Shown here: piece by piece, positions 51,599-64,000 of the stretch | Layout of the letters: each line of letters opens with the position of its first letter | Position numbering within the stretch: the first letter of the stretch is position 1 | NCBI RefSeq assembly: GCF_964355755.1 | Contig: NC_092670.1 | Span: 8,236,201 to 8,300,200, forward strand | DNA length: 64,000 bases | Origin: Antedon mediterranea | Taxonomy: Eukaryota > Animalia > Echinodermata | Direction of reading: 5' to 3' | The notes under the pieces: generated by a model | Told to the model about the DNA's origin: nothing | Seen by the model: the letters and a program-made list of their open reading frames with translations, nothing else | Databases searched by the model: none | Program-made: the position numbers and the translations under genes

Positions 51599-53065
51599 TA
51601 TCGCAAAAATAATAGCAGTTTGTACAGTAGGTCAGTGGTGTAGGAAAGAGTGGTATCGCACAAAATAATAGCAGTTTGTACAGTAGGTCAGTGGTGTAGG
51701 AAAGAGTGGTATCGCACAAAATAAAAGCAGTTTGTACAGTAGGTCAGTGGTGTAGGAAAGAGTGGTATCGCACAAAATAATAGCAGTTTGTACAGTAGGT
51801 CAGTGGTGTAGGAAAGAGTGGTATCGCACAAAATAATAGCAGTTTGTACAGTAGGTCAGTGGTGTAGGAAAGAGTGGTATCGCACAAAATAATAGCATTT
51901 TGTACAGTAGGTCAGTGGTGTAGGAAAGAGTGGTATCGCACAAAATAATAGCAGTTTGTACAGTAGGTCAGTGGTGTAGGAAAGAGTGGTATCGCACAAA
52001 ATAAAAGCAGTTTGTACAGTAGGTCAGTGGTGTAGGAAAGAGTGGTATCGCACAAAATAATAGCAGTTTGTACAGTAGGTCAGTGGTGTAGGAAAGAGTG
52101 GTATCGCACAAAATAATAGCAGTTTGTACAGTAGGTCAGTGGTGTAGGAAAGAGTGGTATCGCACAAAATAATAGCAGTTTGTACAGTAGGTCAGTGGTG
52201 TAGGAAAGAGTGGTATCGCACAAAATAATAGCAGTTTGTACAGTAGGTCAGTGGTGTAGGAAAGAGTGGTATCGCACAAAATAATAGCATTTTGTACAGT
52301 AGGTCAGTGGTGTAGGAAAGAGTGGTATCGCACAAAATAATAGCAGTTTGTACAGTAGGTCAGTGGTGTAGGAAAGAGTGGTATCGCACAAAATAATAGC
52401 AGTTTGTACAGTAGGTCAGTGGTGTAGGAAAGAGTGGTATCGCACAAAATAATAGCAGTTTGTACAGTAGGTCAGTGGTGTAGGAAAGAGTGATATCGCA
52501 CAAAATAATAGCAGTTTGTACAGTAGGTCAGTGGTGTAGGAAAGAGTGGTATCGCACAAAATAATAGCAGTTTGTACAGTAGGTCAGTGGTGTAGGAAAG
52601 AGTGGTATCGCACAAAATAATAGCAGTTTGTACAGTAGGTCAGTGGTGTAGGAAAGAGTGGTATCGCACAAAATAATAGCAGTTTGTACAGTAGGTCAGT
52701 GGTGTAGGAAAGAGTGGTATCGCACAAAATAATAGCAGTTTGTACAGTAGGTCAGTGGTGTAGGAAAGAGTGGTATCGCACAAAATAATAGCAGTTTGTA
52801 CAGTAGGTCAGTGGTGTAGGAAAGAGTGGTATCGCACAAAATAATAGCAGTTTGTACAGTAGGTCAGTGGTGTAGGAAAGAGTGGTATCGCACAAAATAA
52901 TAGCAGTTTGTACAGTAGGTCAGTGGTGTAGGAAAGAGTGGTATCGCACAAAATAATAGCAGTTTGTACAGTAGGTCAGTGGTGTAGGAAAGAGTGGTAT
53001 CGCACAAAATAATAGCAGTTTGTACAGTAGGTCAGTGGTGTAGGAAAGAGTGGTATCGCACAAAA
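51599..53065. repeat. 56-bp satellite, 26 units
   Basis: Same unit as 16821-17895. Confidence 0.97.
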
Positions 53066-55197
53066 TTCCAACAATGCAGAATTACCAATTTATTTGGTTA
53101 TGTAGTTTGCAATGTTTAATATCTCTGTTTCATTTGATTTAGTATAAAAGTGGAAATTACAATAAAATATTATGATTGCCTTATTTAAATTTAATGTTTC
53201 TTCATTTATTTATTTGACCAAAAAACAATAATGTAAAACAAAACTGAGGAGGAGAATCGGTGGTCAGGACGGTAAAGCAAAGATTTATAATATTCAAAAT
53301 CATCATATAAAACAAGGAAAAAAATCATTTAGCGATTTAGAGAAAGATTTATAATTGCCCAGAAGGATTCAGAGTCAATTGATGATAAAATATAAAGCAC
53401 TGTCTACATAGCACTATCAACATTTTATGTGACAAAAAATGTGATGAGTGTGGACGTGATGATGTCATATACCATATTTGGGCATTTCACTACCATATTT
53501 GGGCAAATCACACTCTTAGTTTGATAAGACAAAGCTATAGGAAGAGATTCAGAAACAGCTAATTAATTTAATTCAAATTCAAACTGTTTATTGCAACAAG
53601 GTAAGCATTGTTATATTTACAAAATAACAACTACAATTCATTTCGTCACTTTGACGAATTATTTGTGATCATTGTGAAAACACAATTTTACTGACGTTTC
53701 ATTTTTTTAAAATAAACTATGAGCGCAAAACATTGATGTATTCCATCCATGACTTGATGCATAGGCCTACTATTATAGAGTGCTGCTATTAGTGTCGTAT
53801 TTAATATGTACAGTATATACGGTATATCTATATACAGTGTAGTAGGTGAAATTACGTGACCCACACTATGTTCTAATGTTTTGGTATGATGATGACAATT
53901 TCGGAAGATAATGATTTGAGCAAAAGATATAACTCTTTTAAAATGTTTAGGCCCTATAACTTTGACGAAAGACATGATAAAACTACATTTTAATTCAACT
54001 GACCATTATTATAATGTCAACATTCAACAATTTTTATATGAATTCATATCTACATTTCAGCAGCTTCACATTTTCCCAATTGGAAAAACTCGTATCATCA
54101 ACATGGCGGCCACCGGAGCACTTTTTGGTAGTGGTTCATCTCGGCCGGTTACAGAACGCGATATTGTATTGAGCGCCAAAAGTGCCCGTTATGATAGTGT
54201 AATAGTGATGACGTGTACAACACAGGCTTTAAAGTTAACGATGTTTTATGATGTATTTATTTGGATTCGATAATAAAGTACTGTATTTGAGAGTGTCTCA
54301 AATAAAAATTTTAAACAGTTAGCCAGCTTTATATATAAAATAAATCGAATAGTACAATATGTTTTGTGTTTTAATGTTAATTAATACTTAATGAGTTACT
54401 ATATTATTACAATGTATATACTGCTATACTATTATAATATAATTTCAAGTTAACGATGTTTTTATGATGTATTCATTTTGATTTGAAAATAAAATACTGT
54501 ATTTAAGAGTGTCACAAATAATATTTTTAAACAGTTAGCAGCTTTATATATAAAATAAATCGAATAGTACAATATATTTCGTTTTATGTTTAAATGTGAA
54601 TTAATACTGAATGAGTTACATTTATTACAGTAGAATGTATATACTGCTATATTATAATATAATTAGTTTAATAAAAAAACGAAATAAATGATTTAAAATG
54701 ATATGAGTATCTTTGCGTTGATTCAATCTACTTAGAAAATGCAGTCAACACAACGGCATCATCAAAATGCGTGCATACTTTCTATAAAACAAATAATACT
54801 AATCCCCTATATTGTGCTAATCACAAACAAATCAAAGCAACAATATTGAATAAAAAGAAAGTATGTCTTTGTGATGACGCTTTGATTTCATTCATTATAG
54901 AAACAATACATCATAGAGGATAATTGGTCATTTGTCTTTGAGGCGCTTTGATTTAATGCATATAATAAAACAATAAAACACATAAGACAAAACATAATGT
55001 TCGGTTGCTTTTCGTAAACCAAAAAGTCGGAAGATGCGTAAATCAAAGGTAATTTTGTGTCAATAGTAAAAAGTGTCCTTTGCGAAAGGCACACAATAGT
55101 TGCGCAAATAATGGTCTACTCTCTGTATTAAATGGGGGGGGGGTGCTAGTACGTACATGTTCACTTTCAAACTGATTTATCTTCGACTGCAACAAAA

Positions 55198-55485
55198 ATG
55201 AACGACTGTATCCAGTGTAGAGAACCTGTTAATCATCGCCAGGAGGCTGTTTTTTGCGAGGAGTGCCAACATCGAACTTGCGGTACTGGTATAACACGTG
55301 CTGCCTATCTTGCTGGTATCCGCGACGGCTACATTGATTGGACGTGTAATAAATGTGTGCGACCTGTTCCAGAGGAACCTGCAGCCCAACTAGATGTCTT
55401 TGTTGGAGACCTTGGAGCATTTGAAGAGCCTGCAGTTGTTGAGGAACAAAACTTACCAAACCCATATCGAGTACCAAATCAATAA
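55198..55485 (+). pseudogene. PHD-finger-like ORF (duplicate of 20028-20315)
   Basis: Identical translation. Confidence 0.55.
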
Positions 55486-57391
55486 GAACAATAAAATCGT
55501 TGATCGCGTCAGAATATTATTTAGCTGTTTTTTTTTTTTTTTTGCTATTTTGAAATTTCCTGTCACTGGACCCTAATAGAAATTGTTTCCTTTTGTAATG
55601 ATGAATTGGGTCGTCCTAAATATATTTTGATTTTGTCTAAAGCCTACATATCATTACAATTTTGTTTTGGCCTATTTTTTAGTGCGTTGTGTTCCTTATC
55701 AGTTGATCTTTATCAGTGGTGCTTAATTAACAATGCAGGGCGTACCATTGGGATGTAAGTTTTAATAGAATGAGATACACAAAATGACACAAAATGACTA
55801 AAGAAAATACTATTATTAATAGCAGTAATAGTAGTTTTAATACTACTATTATTTGTTATATAACTTTATACATCTCTATGCAGTTATTACTAACATTGAA
55901 TTAATGTTATGTATATTTTCAGCATTTAAAATAATGATAAAGTTAAAACTATAAATTACTTATACAGTAATGTTTCATTCTGTTTCTTAGTCACGGCTTG
56001 TAACAATATTTTCTGTGCCAGGGACTATTAATTGGTTTGATTAAACTTTGGTTTCCATTGATTTTGTTACCCTCATTTTTAAAATCTTTTGTTTAATTAA
56101 ATTCTTGACTACGTCACGTCCACATGTAGATTTTCAATAGTCTCGGCCAATCAAAGTACAGTAGGCCAACTATTAAGCGACGAGATGTCTTTGTCCGTCA
56201 TTATTTCCGCCTGGTCTGAGTGGATGAAGGCCACTGCTACTTTATTTGTTCATTGTTATTATTTTGTATGCAGGCAGCGAAAGAAGTGGACAAAAAGGCC
56301 GGGAACTGTACCATGGTAAGTACAACCACAACTTAATTGTTTTATGTATTTTTTCCCATTCACAATGTGTACAATTTAGTGCGGTTTGTTTTACACGTTT
56401 ACACATGGAGTGTACTCCATGGTTTACGATGGTTTTCGTAACTAACTCCAAATAGTGAGAGGGAAGTCATGATTCAACGTATAAATAATTATAACTCCAG
56501 GATTTAATAATTATCTAGCCAACCAGCTTGTCAACATTACACAAACAAAAATGGTATATTCAACAACAAACATTTTTGCTTTCATTAAAATTGTAATGTA
56601 ATTATCAATAATGGCCTTGGGTTGTTATCAAACTGCATTTTTAAAGTTATTGGTTGGTCAATTATTTGCCTATAGTCTCGACCAATCAAATTTAAGTACA
56701 GCATAATCTAATTATAGGTGTTTTTTCTTTGTTAGAATATCCTTGGATAAAACTGTTGTTTGCTAAGTTTTAAGCAGGAAGTGAAACAATGGCAATCACT
56801 GAGAAGACGGCAGTGGTATAGGTAAGTACCAGGATTTTGTTGTGTATTTTTGTTTATGCAATTGCACTAAACAGTAACTTGTGTACATTTTAGTGTAGTA
56901 AGTTGTAGATTCCGTAAGTTGTTTAAAAATGTTTTTAAATATACATTTATTACTTTAATTCTTCCATACTTTACGATCTTTTATATATATATATATCGGT
57001 ATATCTTTATTCAAATGACACAAACAGCCAATGGCTGAAACCGTAGTCGTACAATATTAAAAATAATCATGATAAAAACAGGTAAAATAAAACATTTAAA
57101 AAAGCCGGTACTAGGCTCCTTCAAGCCTAAAGTAATCGATCGATCCAAACCCACAAGTTTTTTGTTGAACAGTGCATGTTTATTCAATGTTATTGCCTAC
57201 TTTACTACTCCCTTATTCAGTACAGTACATGCCACGCTGTACCTTAGGTACATTTTATTTATATTTATTGGATTTTTTAAATTTACAGTAGGCCTATAAT
57301 TATGAAGAAATGTCATCGCAATTAGGACGAACTCAACAGCAACATTAACTTTTAAAAATCATTAAAAAAAGATTTTTTATTGAACATCAGC

Positions 57392-59503
57392 ATGGAGTTC
57401 AAATGTGAACACTGTGGAGATAAATTTGAGTTAAGTGATTTGAAGGAGCATTTAGGAATACATGTCCGTTTTAAAGAGTTAAAATGTGAAAACACAAACG
57501 ATGTTGAACCACAAGATGAGACACCCTATGAGAAAGAAGGTGAGAATTTTGAAATAAACACTGCCATAGAAACTTCATATAAATGTGAACATTGTGAGAA
57601 GCAATTTGAACAAAAAGAAGATTTGAAACAACATTTGCAAATACACAGAGAAGAGAAACCATATGAATGTGAACAATGTAATAAAAGATTTAAACAGAAT
57701 GCGAATTTCAAAAAACATTTGAGAATTCACACAGGAGAAACACCATATGAATGTGAACATTGTAGGAAGAAATTTAAAGAAAGGGGGAATTTGAATAAAC
57801 ATTTGAGAGTACACACAGGAGAGAAACCATATGAATGTGAACATTGTGGAAAGAAATTTAGCTGCAGTCAGAATTTGAAAAAACATTTGAGAGTACACAC
57901 AGGAGAAACACCATATGAATGTGAACATTGTGGGAGGAAATTTGCACAAAGCGGGGAAATGAAAGTTCATGTCAGAATTCACACAGGAGAAAAACCATAT
58001 GAATGTGAACAATGTGGGAAGAAATTCGGAGCTAGTGGTTCTTTAAAAAAACATCTGAGAGTACATAGTGGAGAAAAACCATTTGAATGTAAATATTGTT
58101 CAAAGAAATTTAGCTCAAAAAAATATTTAATAGTACACACACGGTTACACACAGGAGAGCAACTATATGAATGTGAATATTGTGGGAAGAAAATTAACAA
58201 TAAAGACAACTGGCGAAAACATGTGATGCTACACACAGGAGAGAGACCATATGAATGTGAGCATTGTGGAAAGAAATTTAGAGGTAATAGAAATTTAAAA
58301 TTACATTTAAAAATTCACACTGGAGAGAAACCATTTGAATGTGAATATTGTGGGAAGAAATTTAACGATAAAAGACAATGGAAAAAACATGTGATGCTAC
58401 ACACAGGAGAGAGACCATATGGATGTGAGCATTGTGGAAAGAAATTTAGAGGCAATAAAAATTTAAAATTGCATTTGAGAATTCACACTGGAGAGAAACC
58501 ATTTGAATGTGAACATTGTGGTAAGAAATTCCAATATCGGGAGACCTTCAAAAAACATTTGAGAATACACACAGGAGAAACACCTTATGAATGTGAACAT
58601 TGTGGGATGAAATTTAAAGGAGGAAATCAATTGGGAATACATTTGAGAATTCACAATACAATAGCGCCACCATCTCATAATTTGGAACAGAACAAAGGTA
58701 ATGTAAATGTAAAATCACCGTTGAAAATACTCAGAGCGACACCATCTGGATCTTATGGATGTGAACAAAAATGTATAAATAATTTTATAACACACAAGAG
58801 AGAGACAGAATCTAAATGTGAACATTGTGGAATAAAATTCGAAACTATTGAATATTTAAAATCGCATTTGAGAATACACATAAAAAAGGAAATACCGTCT
58901 TATGAATGTGAACAGAAATGTATAACTAATTTTATAACATACAAGAAGGAGACACCATATGAAATGGATTGTAAAGAAGAGACACCATATGGAATGGAAC
59001 ATAAAGAGAAGACACCATATGGACTGGAACATAAAGAAAATAGTACACCACATGAAATAAAACATAAAGGAGATATACCATATGAAATGGAACATAAAGG
59101 AGATACACCATATGAAATGGAACATAAAGGAGATATACCATATGAAATGGAACATAAAGGAGAGACACCATATGAAATGGAAAATAAAGGAGATATACCA
59201 TATGAAATGGAATATAAAGGAGATATACCATATGAAATGGAACATAAAGGAGAGACACCATATGAAATGGAAAATAAAGGAGATATACCATATGAAATGG
59301 AATATAAAGGAGAGACACCATATGAAATGGAAAATAAAGGAGATATACCATATGAAATGGAATATAAAGGAGATATACCATATGAAATGGAACATTTAAT
59401 ACACAGAACACAGATACCATATGAAATGGAACAATTAATAGGCATAGGCCTACACACAGGAGAAACACCATATGAGATGGGAACATTGTGGGATCGAATT
59501 TAA
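57392..59503 (+). CDS. C2H2 zinc-finger protein C' (paralog of C)
   Basis: Intact ORF, same finger order, 15 C-terminal decapeptide repeats. Confidence 0.9.
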   Translation: MEFKCEHCGDKFELSDLKEHLGIHVRFKELKCENTNDVEPQDETPYEKEGENFEINTAIETSYKCEHCEKQFEQKEDLKQHLQIHREEKPYECEQCNKRFKQNANFKKHLRIHTGETPYECEHCRKKFKERGNLNKHLRVHTGEKPYECEHCGKKFSCSQNLKKHLRVHTGETPYECEHCGRKFAQSGEMKVHVRIHTGEKPYECEQCGKKFGASGSLKKHLRVHSGEKPFECKYCSKKFSSKKYLIVHTRLHTGEQLYECEYCGKKINNKDNWRKHVMLHTGERPYECEHCGKKFRGNRNLKLHLKIHTGEKPFECEYCGKKFNDKRQWKKHVMLHTGERPYGCEHCGKKFRGNKNLKLHLRIHTGEKPFECEHCGKKFQYRETFKKHLRIHTGETPYECEHCGMKFKGGNQLGIHLRIHNTIAPPSHNLEQNKGNVNVKSPLKILRATPSGSYGCEQKCINNFITHKRETESKCEHCGIKFETIEYLKSHLRIHIKKEIPSYECEQKCITNFITYKKETPYEMDCKEETPYGMEHKEKTPYGLEHKENSTPHEIKHKGDIPYEMEHKGDTPYEMEHKGDIPYEMEHKGETPYEMENKGDIPYEMEYKGDIPYEMEHKGETPYEMENKGDIPYEMEYKGETPYEMENKGDIPYEMEYKGDIPYEMEHLIHRTQIPYEMEQLIGIGLHTGETPYEMGTLWDRI

Positions 59504-60158
59504 CCAGAATGACAATTACATTATACTATTAATTTAACAATATCAAGTTTACTAGGGGGCCATATAAAGTTTATCCTTCTGCCGTAACTACACTTAGGCC
59601 TACTTGTAGGATGGATCGAGAAGAGGGTGTAATGTTTATTGCAGTGACTATCTCAAATAACCTCATCCGTTCAGTAGTATAACCTTTGACCTGATCCTTG
59701 ATTTTACTGTAAATATATTTAGAGGAATTCATTGGTTAGATAATGTTTAAACTATAAGTTACTAATACTGTAAAGATGTATTGTCCCCCAAACCGGTTAA
59801 AATCAATCAAAAACACATTGTCTTCCAGACAATTTGACAATTGTCTGCTTTAGTTTACAGTTTTTTTTACGTTAATATTTTTTTTCAGATCCAATTTGTG
59901 GTGAATAGTGAAGTGAATAACTATTATGTAACATTAAAATGGCATATTCAACAAAACATTTAACAAAATTATTTTTTTCAGATTCAAAATATACCTTTAA
60001 ACAATTAATTAATTTGTGCAGACATATGTCTTTTTTTTCGTTTATAAACAATTAGCGTCATTATGACAGGGTACAGATGATGGTTGAAGTTAAACATGTT
60101 TGACATTAAATCTTTCGTTTTTTTGATTATTTGTTTTTGTCTTTTTGTTTCAATTTAA

Positions 60159-60276
60159 AACAAGGCCATATAGATGGCTGCAGTCGCGTGCTCAAGTTAG
60201 TGTTTTTGACCAACCGACCGACCAACCGACGGACCGACATAGTGAGTTGTAGAGTCGCGCTGCACGCGACTAAAAA
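60159..60276 (-). mobile_element. Short DINE-1/HINE-like element
   Basis: Duplicate of 24950-25067. Confidence 0.7.
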
Positions 60277-60895
60277 CTTCAATTCCTGTTTTACTACTCT
60301 AATTTGCATATACAGTCTCAGCCAATTACGTGTCCTGCCGGTCTTGCTGAAGACTTCTTTTCCCATTCCATTAATAGGCAGCAAGTGGACGACTGATGAA
60401 AGACGATAATTAGGTAGGTAGGTAGGGTTGCCACAACTAAGTTTAAACTTTTATACATTAATTGTTGCCCTTCCAAGTTTTTACGAATTGTTGTGTTTGC
60501 CTAAATTGTCTATACTCTACACCCATTTCTGTTGTTTTCTTTTTCTCCTTACTTTTTGAAAAGTTGACTTGTGTTCAACATTCTAAATACTATTAGCAGC
60601 ATAAACATTGAGGTACTCAATTGAGGGACTGTGTATTAGCAAAGGAAAAGAGGAATTTTTTATGATTCGTACACATTTAAATATTTTAGATGTATTCACT
60701 ATTTCTTTCAATTGAGGCAATCACGGTGTATAATGTTACATGTATGTATTTGGACCATGTTTCTTACGACGATACGAGAACTACAGTACTGTATAGATTA
60801 AAAAAAGGTTTTCCGATTCCCTATACATTTTCAGTTTAAATATAAATTATTCCAATTTTTAAATAATAGCGGAACCAGAAGGCAGGATATAAAAG

Positions 60896-61211
60896 TTGTA
60901 AAATGAAGTGAAGTGTCCAATATTTTACATTAAAATTGAGTGGTGTGGGGCTTCCCCTTCCTTCTGGATCCATGACGTGAAAAGTTACCCACTGCGTCCG
61001 TTCTTCGATTCTTTCTGGAAAGCTTGGACAGCTTTACCTCAGGCGGCTGGTGAATGTTGTAAAATGAAGTGAAGTGTCCAATATTTTACATTAAAATTGA
61101 GGGGTGTGGGGCTTCCCCTTCCTTCTGGATCTATGACGTGAAAAGTTACCCACTGCGTCCGTTCTTCGATTCTTTCTGCAGCTTTACCTCAGGCGACTGG
61201 TGGATGTTGTT
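60896..61211. repeat. ~160-bp tandem duplication in the intron of D' (single copy in D at 29339-29495)
   Basis: TTGTAAAATGAAGTGAAGTGTCC at 60896 and 61057. Confidence 0.9.
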
Positions 61212-61405
61212 AATGGGAACTTTTCCACTTTGATCCACGTGTACCAGTACGTGTACTAAAAAATTCTGGGTTTATTATTTCCATTCTATTTATATACTTT
61301 TTCTTTCAAATTTTTATTTTAGATATATGTGGAGAACGACGATTGAAATTTGACTTTATTGATAAACAAAAACTAATTGATCAAGTAAAAAAGAGGAAAA
61401 CCAAC

Positions 61406-62415
61406 ATGAAGTACAAATGTGAACACTGTGGAGATAAATTTGAGTAAAGTGATTTGAAGGAACATTTAGGAATACATGTGCATTTTAAAGAGTTAAAATG
61501 TGAAGACTACGAGCATTTTCAACTACATGATCAAAAACGAAAAGAAATTGACAATTTGGAAATACACACCACCGAAGAAACTTCATTTGAAAATTTGAGG
61601 AATAAAGAAAATGAGAATTTAGGAATATGCACCGATGATGAAACTTCTTATGAATGTGAACATTGTGGAATGCAATTTAACAAAATTGATGTTTTAAATA
61701 AACATTTGAAAATACACACAAGCGAGACACCATATGAATGTGAACATTGTAGGAAGAAATTTAAAGAAAGGGGGAATTTGAATAAACATTTGAGAGTACA
61801 CACAGGAGAAACACCATATGGATGTGAACATTGTGGAAGAAATTTAAACAAAGTGGAGAATTAAAAGTACACGTTAGATCTCACACGGGAGAGACGCCAT
61901 TTGAATGTGAACAATGTGGTAAGAAATTCAAAGCTAATGCAAATTTGAAAGATCAGTTTAGAGTACATACAGAAGAGACGCCATATGAATGTATATTTTG
62001 TACAAAGAAATTTAAGTCTAATGGGTCTTTAAACTCACATTTGAAATTACACACAGGAAACTTACCATATGAATGTGAACAATGTGGGAGGAAATGTGCC
62101 TCTAATGGAATATTAAAAAAACATTTGAGAATTCACAGAGAAGAGAGACCATATGAATGTGAACATTGTGGGAAGACATTTAAAACAAATGAAGGATTAA
62201 AATCACATTTGAAAACACATGGAGAACCACGGTATAAATGCGAATATTGTGGAGTGAAATACCAAGATAAAAGGTGCTTCCAAATGCATTTGGAAAGACA
62301 CACAATAGGGAATGAATGGGAGGATTATATTATCAAATCCAATTGCAATGATATGTTTAACTTACGCACAGAAGAGACATCGTATGGTAACATTTATAAC
62401 TTGCATACATTTTAA
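61406..62415 (+). pseudogene. ZF gene D', early TAA (61445) and frameshift (~61840)
   Basis: TTA>TAA relative to D; frameshift shared with D; 3' half open. Confidence 0.85.
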
Positions 62416-62553
62416 ATAACATGTGAGAATACACACAGGAGAGACGAACATTGTGTACACAATGTGTAATGTTTCTATTTTTAATTTTACAGTGAATAAT
62501 ATTAAGATACCAGTGCATTTTAGAATAATAGAAGAAATTGAGCGTTGAATTGA

Positions 62554-63312
62554 ACTCTATAGTTCACTATGTCGGTCAGTTGGTCTGTCTGTCTGTCTGT
62601 CGGTCTGTCTGTCTGTCTGTCGGTCCGGTATCACTATGCGTTTTATCGCTTTCTGACCTTATCTTGATATCAGTTTAATCTAGCTAAGTCAATTTTTCAC
62701 AGAATATTCCTTATGGCCAGGAATCGATGTGGTTATGTTTTCACGGTGCGCAATAAAAAATTACGCGGTCTACGCACGATTTACCGAAATCACGTTGGTA
62801 ATCATATCTTAACAACCATTAATCACAATTAAATAAAATTTGCTACTCATAAATTTCAGGGCATAAATCATCATATGGCAATACAATTACGTGCGTAACG
62901 CATGTAACGCATGCGTATGCGCGCTTAAAATGTTCAAAATTTATTTTCGATGAAATAATTTCAGTTTCAGTTTCAGACAATTTTTTGCGTTTACAAAATT
63001 GCCATGAGTGCGCAGATTTTTGCGCGCGCACTGCGCGTTAAATGTTATTGCGCACTCTTTTTGCCCGATTTCTGTTTTCTTGACTTACTTTTCAACTCGA
63101 AATTACGTTATACGAGCACGTCAAAAGTTACAGGCTACGCACGTGTAAATTAAAATAAAAATGTTTTTAAACATTTCAACATTTTTAAACATGTTCAGTA
63201 ATTTCGGTCAGTATAGTTCACTATGTCGGTCGGTCCGTCTGTCGGTCTGTCTGTCTGTCGGTCCGGTATCACTATGCGTTTCAGCACGCGACTTATGGCT
63301 GTTGGCCTTGTT
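62554..63312 (+). mobile_element. Long/tandem form of the DINE-1/HINE-like element, absent from the paralogous site
   Basis: Two TATAGTTCACTATGTCGG-(GTCT)n heads (62558, 63213), terminal GCACGCGACTTATGGCTGTTGGCCTTGTT; not present at 30937-30972. Confidence 0.75.
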
Positions 63313-64000
63313 TAAATAAGTTTTAATTTGATTGGCCTTGATTGATTTCTTGTAGGAAAGAACATCTATGAATGTTACATCATTTTTAGGTTGATATTAT
63401 GACATAGGTTTTAAACGAATAATGTTATTTTACAATAATTACATTTTAAACGGGTTTAATATTTATTTATTATTATTGCGGTCATCTGTATATAGCTTTG
63501 GTTTTTATTATTTATTGTTCTAATTTTGTGGCTGTAACGCTTATTAACCCTCTACTACAATAAATTGAAAATGTCCTATACCATTCTCTGTTTGCCTTTA
63601 CTAATCGCACCGATTTTTCTTTACGATAGCTAAATGTGTTAAAATATATTACACAAAAGACAACACAGGCACACTTAAGTTATGTCGTTATTGCTATTTT
63701 AATTATATTTAATTTGGTATATGATGCAAAGGCAAAGTTATTCTTTATTTGCTACTTAAATTTAAAGTTACAATATTCATCACTGATCACTCAGTAGAAA
63801 TTGTTATTTTCATTTGCAAGCAGCTTGAATTAAACCCTAAGAAATAACATTTTCATAAAGACATTTCTATAAAATTTCTTAATTTAAAACAATAAAAGGC
63901 GTAGGCCTATAATTGAAAAAAGAATGAGGCCTAAAATGGATTTTTTTAAAAATAATTATAACATAGAAGAAATGTGTTTCAGATGGCTGACGGCTAGTGA

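Overview
AT-rich eukaryotic (animal, probably marine invertebrate) genomic DNA, not prokaryotic: the window has GT-AG introns and eukaryotic transposons, so the TTG/GTG starts in the ORF track are artefacts. It holds a tandem cluster of single-coding-exon C2H2 zinc-finger genes, all on the + strand, arranged as a ~32-35 kb segmental duplication: A-B-C-D at ~9.5-31.9 kb, A'-B'-C'-D' at ~32.4-64 kb, and a third partial copy at 1-4.4 kb. Three genes look intact (C, C', A'); the rest are truncated or frameshifted. The cluster is densely invaded by mobile DNA: a full-length but damaged DIRS retrotransposon with ITR/ICR termini, a Penelope-like element with inverted pseudo-LTRs carrying a hammerhead-like motif, a Polinton polB relic, several Helentron/DINE-1-like non-autonomous elements, and hAT-, Kolobok- and Harbinger-like MITEs. 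Most notable observations: (1) zinc-finger DNA has repeatedly been recycled into new repeats (25-aa, 10-aa and a non-coding 49-bp satellite); (2) all paralogs share an atypical N-terminal Cx2C-x11-Hx3H module that may be an effector domain; (3) recurrent TA-duplicating micro-insertions (TA-CAG/CTG/CCG/GGC/GGCC-TA) resemble transposon excision footprints and even alter proteins. All analysis was by eye; no database searches were run.
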